This document shows, piece by piece, positions 50,081-58,831 of a stretch of DNA of 64,000 bases (positions within the stretch are counted from its first letter, which is position 1; each line of letters begins with the position of its first letter). Both the position numbers and the translations under genes were made by a program. The stretch comes from Thermodesulfobacteriota bacterium (GTDB taxonomy: Bacteria; Desulfobacterota_D; UBA1144; Nemesobacterales; UBA2774): contig BQJP01000007.1 of the NCBI GenBank assembly GCA_021604765.1, positions 26,691 to 90,690 of the forward strand, given 5' to 3'. The notes under the pieces were generated by a model. That model searched no databases, was not told the origin of the DNA, and was given only the letters and a program-made list of their open reading frames with translations.

Positions 50081-50617
50081 ATGAGCCAACTAAAAGAACC
50101 AAATGTAGTTAAACTCTTCATGGGTCTCATTTACCAGCCCGATTCAGCTATCAAAGAGTTAACAGGAATGCTCGAAGAAAAATTGGGGAAGATAGATTTT
50201 GTGGGCGATGAGATTTTTTTTAACCATAGCGAATATTATGAAAAAGAAATGGGGGATGGGCTTCTTAGAAAAATTATAACTTTTGAAAAGTTGATAAGAA
50301 GAACAGATATTGTTGAGATCAAAACATTTACAAATAAATTGGAAGAGGTATTTTCATATGGAGAGGATAGAACCATTAATATCGACCCCGGATATATAGC
50401 GCAAGAACATTTAATTCTTGCCACTGGCAAAGGGTTCTCCCACCGGCCATATTTAGGAAATGGCGTATATGCGGATTTAGCTCTTATATATAAAGGAAAC
50501 GAATATAGAACATTAGAATGGACTTACCCTGATTATGGAAACACAGAGATGAGAAAGTTGTTTAAAGATTTGAGAAAACAATATGTACGTCAATTAGAAA
50601 AGGAATCAAACATATGA
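50081..50617 (+). CDS. DUF4416-like protein
   Basis: The pattern ..YYEKEMG..L.RK...F..L......IK..TNK.E......R.INIDPGY....L.LAT.K...HR..L..G.YA...L.Y....Y..LEWTYPDY matches my recollection of DUF4416. Confidence 0.5.
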   Translation: MSQLKEPNVVKLFMGLIYQPDSAIKELTGMLEEKLGKIDFVGDEIFFNHSEYYEKEMGDGLLRKIITFEKLIRRTDIVEIKTFTNKLEEVFSYGEDRTINIDPGYIAQEHLILATGKGFSHRPYLGNGVYADLALIYKGNEYRTLEWTYPDYGNTEMRKLFKDLRKQYVRQLEKESNI

Positions 50618-51483
50618 AAAGTATGACGGGATATGGAAAAAGCGAAGTTGAAACTAAGTATGGGAAACTAGTAGTTGAAACTAGATCTGAGAATCACCGA
50701 TTCCTTGATATCAAATTTCAGCTGCCTGACTCAACACTTTCTATTGAGAATCAACTGTCTGAAGCAGTTAAGAATTCGATATTACGCGGCAAAATTAGAG
50801 TAACAGTTGGCTTGGAAACATCTAAAGACAATTCCTTTTCAATCAACATAGATCTCGCAAAAAAAACAAAAACTAATATAGATAAATTAAAGAAGGAACT
50901 TGGAATTAAAGAAGAAACCCGGCTTGAGCACTTCCTAATGATTAGAGAAATCTTTGCCCCAGATACAAAACAAACCCTAAGCAAAAATGAAACGGCAGTA
51001 ATTATTAAAACTGTCCTCGAAGCTATTAAGAAATTGGATCAGTCAAGAGCATCCGAAGGCAAGAAACTCGAAAAAGATATCAAGCAAAGACTCAAGATGA
51101 TTGAGAAGCTTACTGTAACTATTAGATCCAAGAGAAAAGATTTTATAAAAAACACTTCTATAAAACTCAAGGAAAGAATAGAAAAATTGCTTGAAGATAC
51201 AAAAATTGATGAAGAGAGACTTTATCAAGAAACAGCTTATTTGGCAGAACGAAGTGATATTACAGAAGAGCTTGTAAGGCTTAAAGCGCATATAAGCAAA
51301 TTTAGAGAAACTAGCAATAAAAAAGGATCAATAGGTAAAGAGCTTGATTTTTTACTGCAGGAAATGAATAGGGAAGCAGGAACCATATCCGCAAAGTCTA
51401 AAGATGCCGAGATATCACATTGCATAATAGACTTAAGATCTGAGATGGAGAAGATCAGAGAACAGGTACAGAATATCGAGTAA
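50614..51483 (+). CDS. yicC: YicC-family stress-induced protein (endoribonuclease YicC-like)
   Basis: MKSMTGYGK.., ..SENHRFLDI.. and the C-terminal ELDFLLQEMNREAGTISAKS. It overlaps the upstream stop by 4 nt. Confidence 0.85.
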   Translation: MKSMTGYGKSEVETKYGKLVVETRSENHRFLDIKFQLPDSTLSIENQLSEAVKNSILRGKIRVTVGLETSKDNSFSINIDLAKKTKTNIDKLKKELGIKEETRLEHFLMIREIFAPDTKQTLSKNETAVIIKTVLEAIKKLDQSRASEGKKLEKDIKQRLKMIEKLTVTIRSKRKDFIKNTSIKLKERIEKLLEDTKIDEERLYQETAYLAERSDITEELVRLKAHISKFRETSNKKGSIGKELDFLLQEMNREAGTISAKSKDAEISHCIIDLRSEMEKIREQVQNIE

Positions 51484-51576
51484 GTAAGATAGGTTGAAAC
51501 CAGCAAAACGCTGTGTTATGATTCCACAGATTTTTCAAACTATTAATCATACAGATTACTAAAAGGAGTTTCTACA

Positions 51577-52446
51577 ATGAGCATCTTAGTTAACAAAGAT
51601 AGTAAAGTCATAGTTCAAGGAATAACCGGAAGCGCAGGGTTGTTTCACGCAACTCAATGCCGTGAGTATGGCACTAATGTTGTAGGCGGTGTAACACCTG
51701 GAAAGGGCGGCACTGAAGTAGAGGGGTTTCCTGTTTTTGATACTGTAGAAGACGCTCGTAGAATCACTGAAGCAAACACATCCCTAATATTCGTACCGGC
51801 CGCATTCGCAATGGATTCCATGATAGAAGCCATAGACGCTGGCATAGAGCTTGTAATCTGCGTTACTGAAGGTGTTCCAACTCAGGATATGATTAAAGTT
51901 AAGAAATTTATGGAAGGAAAGAACGTCAGGCTCATAGGACCTAACTGCCCAGGCGTAATGACACCAGGTGAAGCTAAGGTAGGTATTATGCCAGGATATA
52001 TACATACGCCAGGAAGAGTTGGAATAATTTCAAGAAGTGGAACATTAACATATGAAGCTGTGTGGCAGTTATCTGAACTCGGTATTGGGCAATCAACTTC
52101 TGTTGGTATCGGCGGAGACCCCATTATCGGATCTACCTTTATAGATATTCTAGAGCTTTTTAACCAGGATGATGATACTGACGCTATAATCTTGATTGGC
52201 GAGATTGGCGGAAGCGCTGAGGAAGAAGCTGCTGAATATATCAAACAAAACATAGATAAACCTGTTGTTGCATTCATCGCTGGATCAACTGCCCCAAAAG
52301 GGAAAAGAATGGGTCATGCTGGAGCTATTATATCCGGGAGTTCTGGTAGCGCAGCAGATAAAGTTGCGGCACTTGAGAGCGCTGGGGTTAAAGTTTGCCC
52401 AAGCCCCGCAGAGATGGGTGAGACACTTAAAGAAGCTATCTCATAA
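51577..52446 (+). CDS. sucD: Succinate--CoA ligase (ADP-forming) alpha subunit
   Basis: [22 protein letters not shown]......[15 protein letters not shown] and SRSGTLTYE...GIGGDP motifs, with the phosphohistidine loop MGHAGAII. Confidence 0.92.
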   Translation: MSILVNKDSKVIVQGITGSAGLFHATQCREYGTNVVGGVTPGKGGTEVEGFPVFDTVEDARRITEANTSLIFVPAAFAMDSMIEAIDAGIELVICVTEGVPTQDMIKVKKFMEGKNVRLIGPNCPGVMTPGEAKVGIMPGYIHTPGRVGIISRSGTLTYEAVWQLSELGIGQSTSVGIGGDPIIGSTFIDILELFNQDDDTDAIILIGEIGGSAEEEAAEYIKQNIDKPVVAFIAGSTAPKGKRMGHAGAIISGSSGSAADKVAALESAGVKVCPSPAEMGETLKEAIS

Positions 52447-52447
52447 A

Positions 52448-53398
52448 CTAGCTATAAATTTCAATATTCTTTTTTAACCACTCATAGTGTTTTTTGAGTC
52501 CGGATTTAACATCAGTTTTAGGTGAGTATCCAAAGTCCGCCTGTGCTTTTGATACATCTGAAAAAGTGTGACTGGCATCTCCCCTTTGAGGTTCTGTAAA
52601 AACTAAGTTTGCTTCTTTCCCCACGATCTCTTCTATAATCCTGATAGTATCCATGAGTTTTATTCTACTTCCTCCGCCAATGTTATATACTTCACCAGGT
52701 ATCCCTTTTTTAAATGCCTGAATATTCGCAAGTACTGCGTCATCTATATAAGTAAAATCCCTGGTCTGCTCACCATTGCCGTAAATTTCTATTTTCTCGC
52801 CCTTCATAACAGCTGAAATAAATTTATGGAACGCCATATCAGGACGCTGCCTAGGACCGTATACGGTAAAGTACCTAAGAGAAACAGTTGGAACTCCGTA
52901 ACCTTTAAAATAAAGGGAAGCTAAATGCTCTGCTGAAAGTTTTGTAACTCCATATGGAGAAACAGGATTAGTCGGAGATGTCTCTACAATAGGCAGCTCA
53001 TCAGTATCTCCGTATACCGAAGAAGAAGAGGCATAAACTACTTTTTTGAGACTCTCTTCCTTACATGCTTCTAAGAGTCTTTGGGTTCCTAAAATGTTAT
53101 TTTGAACATATTGATCAAACATCTGACCCCAGCTTGCTCTCACTCCAGCAATTGCGGCTTGATGAAAAACTCCTTCCACTTCACTAAGGATATTTCCCCA
53201 ATCAACTTCCAAGATATCATCCTCAATGAACTCAAAACCTGGCTGACTCAGTAAATACTCGAGGTTCTTTTCTTTTATTTCTCTCGGGTAATAATTAAAA
53301 AAAGAGTCCACACCTATTACTTGAAATCCTTCATCTAAAAGCTTCTCGGAAAGACTTGAACCTATAAACCCTGAAACGCCTGTAACCAATACTTTCAT
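52448..53398 (-). CDS. NAD-dependent sugar-nucleotide epimerase/dehydratase (extended SDR)
   Basis: MKVLVTGVSGFIGS (GxxGxxG) and the catalytic YGVTK (YxxxK). 316 aa. Confidence 0.85.
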   Translation of the reverse strand: MKVLVTGVSGFIGSSLSEKLLDEGFQVIGVDSFFNYYPREIKEKNLEYLLSQPGFEFIEDDILEVDWGNILSEVEGVFHQAAIAGVRASWGQMFDQYVQNNILGTQRLLEACKEESLKKVVYASSSSVYGDTDELPIVETSPTNPVSPYGVTKLSAEHLASLYFKGYGVPTVSLRYFTVYGPRQRPDMAFHKFISAVMKGEKIEIYGNGEQTRDFTYIDDAVLANIQAFKKGIPGEVYNIGGGSRIKLMDTIRIIEEIVGKEANLVFTEPQRGDASHTFSDVSKAQADFGYSPKTDVKSGLKKHYEWLKKNIEIYS

Positions 53399-53483
53399 AT
53401 GACTTTTTTCTCCAGTTCGACTATCAAGATACTCAATCTTAATTTGAATTTGACAATGATCAAAATAACATTAGTATGAAAAT

Positions 53484-53939
53484 ATGAACAACACACTAAT
53501 AATATCACTATTTTTGGCTGTTGCATTTATAATACCTAATTTGTGCTATGCCATTCCCGCGCCTTGTACGCAGGAACAACTTCTGGAAAGCTCAGACTTC
53601 GCTATTGAAGGAACTGTAACAAAAGTTGAATGCGGGGAGCCTTACGAGTCTAAGCAATGCAGCGCTAAAGACGGAATTGAAGGATTCGTTCCTGAACTTG
53701 TGGCTAAATGCAAAGCAACAGTTAAAGTATCCGATAATATTAAAGGTAAATACAACAAGGGCGATGAAGTGGTAATTCCATATTTACAACTTGTTCAACA
53801 ATGTGAAAATGGCACTCATATGATCCCAGGAAGCCCTTTAAAGGTTTTTGTTCCCAACTCAGTGATAAAATATTACAATTCTGAACAATGTAAGTACTGG
53901 AACTATTTGCAAATTTCGGTTCCTCCTTCAAATAACTAA
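53484..53939 (+). CDS. Secreted Cys-rich hypothetical protein
   Basis: Signal peptide MNNTLIISLFLAVAFIIPNLCYA and six further cysteines. No family recognised. Confidence 0.55.
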   Translation: MNNTLIISLFLAVAFIIPNLCYAIPAPCTQEQLLESSDFAIEGTVTKVECGEPYESKQCSAKDGIEGFVPELVAKCKATVKVSDNIKGKYNKGDEVVIPYLQLVQQCENGTHMIPGSPLKVFVPNSVIKYYNSEQCKYWNYLQISVPPSNN

Positions 53940-53993
53940 ACCTAGAGAAAAGACTCAGACTACAAACATAATAAAGTTGTTTAAATTATTGAT

Positions 53994-55553
53994 ATGCCAC
54001 TCAGCCCATTTGAACTCGAAATTTATCAGAACATTCTAAGCTCAATCGCCGAAGAAATGGGCGTTGTGTTAATTAGAGCAGGGTTTTCTCCTAATATTAA
54101 AGAGAGAAGAGATCTTTCTTGCGCTATATTCCAATCAAACGGAGATATGATTGCTCAGGCAGCTCATATCCCAATTCATCTAGCGTCTATGAGCTTTGCG
54201 GTCAGAGCTGTTTTGAATATGCCAGAGATAAATGATGGGGATATCTTGATTTTAAACGACCCTTTTCAAGGAGGGACTCATCTGCCGGACATTACCTGTA
54301 TCATGCCGGTTTTTTACAATAACAAACTGGAATTCTTTGTCGCATCCCGGGCCCATCATGCTGACATTGGCGGACTTACGCCTGGTTCTATGCCACTTTC
54401 CACTTCCATTGATCAAGAGGGAATACTTATTCCCCCATCTAAACTCTATAAGAAGAAAAGACTTAACAAGAAACTCTTTAATGAAATCATGGCCTCCACC
54501 AGAGACCCTGAAGAGCGTGAGGGAGACTTCAATGCTCAAATCGGTGCTCTTGAATTAGGAGAAAAAAGACTAAACGAGACCATAAAAAAATATACACTCA
54601 AAAAAGTTAAGCAGGCTGGTAATGAGCTCCTTGATTATAGCGAAAAAATAATGAAGCAAGTCATTAGAGAGATACCCAACGGAGTTTATGAGTTTGAGGA
54701 TTATATGGACGACGATGGGGCAGGCACCAAAAAAATTCCAATAAAAGCTAAAATCACGATCAAGGGACAAAGAACAACAGTTGATCTAAGAGGAAGCTCA
54801 AATCAGGTACGAGGCAATCTGAATGCCCCGTATAGCGTCACCACAGCTGCAGTTATTTATGTGTTTCAGTGCCTGGCTCCCTCATCAATGCCTCTCAACT
54901 CTGGCCCACTCAGGGTAGTAGAAATAGTTGTAGATGAGGACTCTATGCTCAACGCGAAATATCCGGCTGCTGTTGTAGGAGGTAATGTTGAAACCTCACA
55001 GCGGGTGGTAGATGTTGTATTTGGCGCCTTATCTAAGGCTGTGCCTGAGAAAGTACCTGCTGCTAGCGCAGGCTCTATGAGCAATTTCACATTCGGTGGC
55101 ATTAATCCTAATACTGGTAGAAGCTATGCTTATTATGAAACAATAGCCGGCGGAATGGGAGGCAGATCTGGATTGGATGGAGTAAGCGCTGTGCAGACTC
55201 ATATGACTAATACTCTGAACACCCCAATAGAATCGCTTGAACGCGAACTTCCGGTTATGTTAAATTCTTACTCGATCAGGAAAAACAGCGGCGGAAAAGG
55301 TAAGTATAAGGGGGGAGATTCAATCACCAGGGAGTATAAGTTTCTCTCAGATGCCACAGTTTCAATGATTACCGAGAGACGAAAGTTCTCTCCATACGGT
55401 ATTAAAGATGGAAAACCAGGAAGAAAAGGAAAGAATACTCTGATAAGAAAAAGCAAAACTACGACTATTGGTCCCAAAGCAAGTTTTAAAGTTAAAAAAG
55501 GAGAAAGCATAAGGATTCAAACCCCCGCAGGAGGCGGATGGGGTAAAGCCTAA
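53994..55553 (+). CDS. Hydantoinase B / oxoprolinase family protein (HyuB-type)
   Basis: Full-length collinear HyuB pattern: ..IAEEMG..L.R..FSPNIKER.D.SCA.F, NDPF.GGTHLPD, ..GGNVETSQRV.D and ..TP.GGGWG. 519 aa. No HyuA-type partner is adjacent. Confidence 0.85.
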   Translation: MPLSPFELEIYQNILSSIAEEMGVVLIRAGFSPNIKERRDLSCAIFQSNGDMIAQAAHIPIHLASMSFAVRAVLNMPEINDGDILILNDPFQGGTHLPDITCIMPVFYNNKLEFFVASRAHHADIGGLTPGSMPLSTSIDQEGILIPPSKLYKKKRLNKKLFNEIMASTRDPEEREGDFNAQIGALELGEKRLNETIKKYTLKKVKQAGNELLDYSEKIMKQVIREIPNGVYEFEDYMDDDGAGTKKIPIKAKITIKGQRTTVDLRGSSNQVRGNLNAPYSVTTAAVIYVFQCLAPSSMPLNSGPLRVVEIVVDEDSMLNAKYPAAVVGGNVETSQRVVDVVFGALSKAVPEKVPAASAGSMSNFTFGGINPNTGRSYAYYETIAGGMGGRSGLDGVSAVQTHMTNTLNTPIESLERELPVMLNSYSIRKNSGGKGKYKGGDSITREYKFLSDATVSMITERRKFSPYGIKDGKPGRKGKNTLIRKSKTTTIGPKASFKVKKGESIRIQTPAGGGWGKA

Positions 55554-55566
55554 TAATGTAGACACT

Positions 55567-56793
55567 ATGGAATATCCAAGACTAAACCCGATAGAAGCAT
55601 TTCCAGTTGAGCACGAAGGACAGAGGGTTATCTGCTTAAGAGACCCTAATCATGTGAGTGATAAAGTAATGTTAATATCACCTGAAACTGTTTTTATAAT
55701 AAGCTTATTTGACGGCGTCAACTCAATAGAGGATATACAAGCTAACTGCGAAGAGAAGTTTGGCGAAAGAGTTCCATCTGAGGAAATGGAGCAGTTAATT
55801 AAACAGTTAGACGATGCACTCTTTTTAGATAGTGAAAAATTCAGAGAACATAACAAAAAAATAATAGAGGATTTCCATTCTTCTGACATAAGACCATCAA
55901 GCCAAGCAGGGCTCTCTTATCCAGAAGATATTGATGAATTAAATAGTTGGTTTGAGAGATTCTTCAACGAAGCTCACGATACTGACCCATACACAAAACC
56001 CGCAAGTACTCTTAAAGGGTTAATCTCACCACATATTGATTTCACAAGAGGCGGTCATCTTTATGCAAAGGCCTACAGAGAACTCGATGACAGCTGTGAA
56101 GCTGACACTTATATTATTTTTGGCACCTCACATTACGCTCAAGTTGATAATCCGTTTATCCTAACTAGAAAAGGATTTGAAACCCCTTTAGGCATATCTG
56201 AAACTAATAGCGACTTTATAGATAAAATTGACGGTGAATGCAATTGGGATCTATTTGAAGGTGAAATAGCTCACAGAACTGAACACTCAATTGAATTTCA
56301 GGTTGCATTCTTACAGTATGTTCTCAGAAAGAAGAAGGATTACAAAATTGTACCGATATTATGCAATTCATTTTTTAGTCTGGTACAGCAAGGCAAATCT
56401 CCTACAGAAGATGAAAGGGTTTCTCAATTTCTAAAGACCTTCGCCGATATAGTAAAAAGTTTAGGTAACAGTGTATTTATAATAGCCGGGGTGGATATGG
56501 CTCATGTTGGTCCTAAATTTGGCGACAAGGATAAAGTAAATGACCTTACGCTGGGTCGCATCAAAGAAAGAGATATAAAGAGCCTGGAATTCACTGAAAA
56601 ATTGGATGCAGAGGGTTTTTACAGATCTGTAGAAGATGAAAAGGACTGGAGAAAAATTTGTGGCCTTTCATCCATATACGCTACTTTAAGCACAATTCAG
56701 GCGGAAGAAGGAAAATTGTTGGGTTATGATCAGGCACTTGAACCTGACACCGGATCCGTTGTCAGTTTTGCCAGCATGGGATTTTATTCTTAA
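55567..56793 (+). CDS. Memo-like / AmmeMemoRadiSam system protein B family protein with an N-terminal PqqD/RRE-like domain
   Basis: Aa 110-408 show Memo-type motifs (RPSSQAGLSYP, LISPHIDF.RGG, IIFGTSHY, AGVDMAHVG). Aa 1-105 fit the PqqD pattern (PRLNP...VICLRDP...ISPETVFIISLFDGVNSIEDI...EEMEQLIKQLDDALFL). Confidence 0.7.
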   Translation: MEYPRLNPIEAFPVEHEGQRVICLRDPNHVSDKVMLISPETVFIISLFDGVNSIEDIQANCEEKFGERVPSEEMEQLIKQLDDALFLDSEKFREHNKKIIEDFHSSDIRPSSQAGLSYPEDIDELNSWFERFFNEAHDTDPYTKPASTLKGLISPHIDFTRGGHLYAKAYRELDDSCEADTYIIFGTSHYAQVDNPFILTRKGFETPLGISETNSDFIDKIDGECNWDLFEGEIAHRTEHSIEFQVAFLQYVLRKKKDYKIVPILCNSFFSLVQQGKSPTEDERVSQFLKTFADIVKSLGNSVFIIAGVDMAHVGPKFGDKDKVNDLTLGRIKERDIKSLEFTEKLDAEGFYRSVEDEKDWRKICGLSSIYATLSTIQAEEGKLLGYDQALEPDTGSVVSFASMGFYS

Positions 56794-56798
56794 TTGAT

Positions 56799-57758
56799 AT
56801 GTCGAAAAAATTCTTAATAATAGACGCACATGAAGATATAGCTTTTCACTTAAACTATTTCAAAAGGGATTTTGTAAACCCCGAAATGCCTTGCATGATC
56901 ACACTTCCCGGGCTTAAAGAAGGTCATGTCAGGATGGTATTTAACACGGTATTCATTCACCCAAAACATAAACCTGATAGAACTGTTCAATCCGGATTAG
57001 ATCAGCTTTCTAAATACGAAGAAATATACAAGACATTCCCAGATGAAGTGTATCAAATTACAAAAGTAGAGGATCTTGCAAAATTTGGACAAGATTCCAA
57101 GATAGGCTTCTTAACTTTAATAGAAGGTGCTGATCCGATCGAGAATGTTTGTAGCCTAGATAATTTTTATGAGAGAGGAGTCAGAATTATAGGACCTGCA
57201 TGGAACAATAAGAATCAGTATGCTTCGGGAAATGATTCTGAAGACGGTTTATCTGAAGAGGGAGTCAAATTAATTAAGAGAATGAATGAACTTGGAATCA
57301 CCTTGGATTTGTCACATCTAAATGAGAAGTCTTTCTGGGAATCAATTGAGCTTACTAACCTTATACCTATAGCAACCCATTCAAATGCAAGGGCTTTAAC
57401 AGACCATCCGAGAAACTTAAGAGACGAACAACTAAAAGCAATCTCGGAAAAGGGCGGTGTTATAGGGATTGTTTTATATAATTATTTTCTAAAGATAGGG
57501 GATAAAAACCCCACTTTGGAAGAAGTCTTTGCTCATGCTGATTATATGGTCAACCTATGCGGGGAAGACCATGTAGGGATCGGAAGCGATATGGACGGGG
57601 CAAGAATTGAGGATTTTCCTGAAGGCTTAAAAACCATAGCAGACCTGCCTAAGATTGCCCACTACTTCCTTGAGAAAGGTTATACAGAAGAAAGGGTTAC
57701 AAAAATCATGAGCGGAAATTTTCTAAGGGTTATGAAGGAAAATCTAAGCTCGAAATAA
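56799..57758 (+). CDS. Membrane (renal-type) dipeptidase, peptidase family M19
   Basis: IIDAHEDI (the HxD metal site), LIEGADPI, LDLSHLN, ATHSNARAL.DHPRNL.DEQL and GIGSDMDG. Confidence 0.85.
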   Translation: MSKKFLIIDAHEDIAFHLNYFKRDFVNPEMPCMITLPGLKEGHVRMVFNTVFIHPKHKPDRTVQSGLDQLSKYEEIYKTFPDEVYQITKVEDLAKFGQDSKIGFLTLIEGADPIENVCSLDNFYERGVRIIGPAWNNKNQYASGNDSEDGLSEEGVKLIKRMNELGITLDLSHLNEKSFWESIELTNLIPIATHSNARALTDHPRNLRDEQLKAISEKGGVIGIVLYNYFLKIGDKNPTLEEVFAHADYMVNLCGEDHVGIGSDMDGARIEDFPEGLKTIADLPKIAHYFLEKGYTEERVTKIMSGNFLRVMKENLSSK

Positions 57759-57766
57759 ATATATGG

Positions 57767-58786
57767 CTACATTCTTTCAATAAGGGCGTCAGCAAATTCC
57801 TGTGTGCCTAAATTGCCGCCTAAATCCCGAGTAGTAGCACCCTCCCCAATTGCCTTATTATAAGCTAGTTTAATCTTTGTTGCGCATTCAGAGTAATAAT
57901 CTATCCCTTCATTTTCTGCTAAGTGATTGAGCATCATCACGCATGACATAAGTAGAGCCAGTGGGTTTGCTATATTTTTTCCCGCAATATCAGGAGCTGA
58001 CCCATGTACAGCTTCAAAAACAGCTATATCATCCCCAATATTTGAACCGGGGACCACTCCAAGCCCGCCAACAAGCCCTGCACAAAGATCACTAAGTAAA
58101 TCTCCATAAAGATTTTCGAGAAGCAGGATATCAAACTGTGTCGGATCCTGAACTATTTTCATACAGCCAGCATCTATGATCATTTCTTCATATTCGATAT
58201 CGGTATATCTTTGACTAACTTCCCGGGATTTCCTAATAAAAAGACCATCCGTCATTTTCATTATATTCGCTTTGTGAAATACAGTAACTTTTTTTCTTCC
58301 CCTCTTGCGGGCATATTCAAATGCTTTTTTAGCAATACGGTAGCAAGCATCCTCTGTCGCAACCTTCATAGTCATAACTACACCAGGGGTTACCTGATTC
58401 TCAACTCCGCTGTATAATCCTTCGGTATTTTCCCTAATTATTACAATATCGACGCCTGAAAAACGAGTCTTAATGCCATCCAGATTCCTAATAGGTCTTA
58501 TTGCAGAATAGAGATCCAAAATTTTTCGCAACTGAACGTTCACAGATGTAAACCCTTCCCCAATAGGTGTTGTACAAGGACCTTTAAGAGCGATTTTATG
58601 CTCTTTAATCGCATCTATTGTGCTCTCCGGAAGTACATCAGGACCTTCTTCAAGTGCTGCAAGGCCTGCTTTACATCCAATCCACCGAATTTCAGCTCCA
58701 GAAGCCGCCACTACTTTTTTGACTGCTGTTGATATGTTGGGACCAATACCGTCTCCGGGTATTAAAACTACTTTACGTTTGCTCAT
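57767..58786 (-). CDS. icd: NAD-type isocitrate dehydrogenase (isocitrate/isopropylmalate dehydrogenase family)
   Basis: LIPGDGIGP, LKGPCTTPIGEGFTSVNVQLRKILDLYSAIRP and IIRENTEGLYSG resemble the IDH3-like NAD-IDH subfamily more than LeuB. Confidence 0.75.
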   Translation of the reverse strand: MSKRKVVLIPGDGIGPNISTAVKKVVAASGAEIRWIGCKAGLAALEEGPDVLPESTIDAIKEHKIALKGPCTTPIGEGFTSVNVQLRKILDLYSAIRPIRNLDGIKTRFSGVDIVIIRENTEGLYSGVENQVTPGVVMTMKVATEDACYRIAKKAFEYARKRGRKKVTVFHKANIMKMTDGLFIRKSREVSQRYTDIEYEEMIIDAGCMKIVQDPTQFDILLLENLYGDLLSDLCAGLVGGLGVVPGSNIGDDIAVFEAVHGSAPDIAGKNIANPLALLMSCVMMLNHLAENEGIDYYSECATKIKLAYNKAIGEGATTRDLGGNLGTQEFADALIERM

Positions 58787-58831
58787 AGGAGATATTCAAC
58801 CCGGTTAACGCCTTTTATCAAGTGCTGAGAA

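Noticed and set aside
51511-51535. Possible terminator after yicC (CTGTG-N9-CACAG followed by TTTTT).
   Set aside because: The stem is only 5 bp with a 9-nt loop, which is too weak to call.
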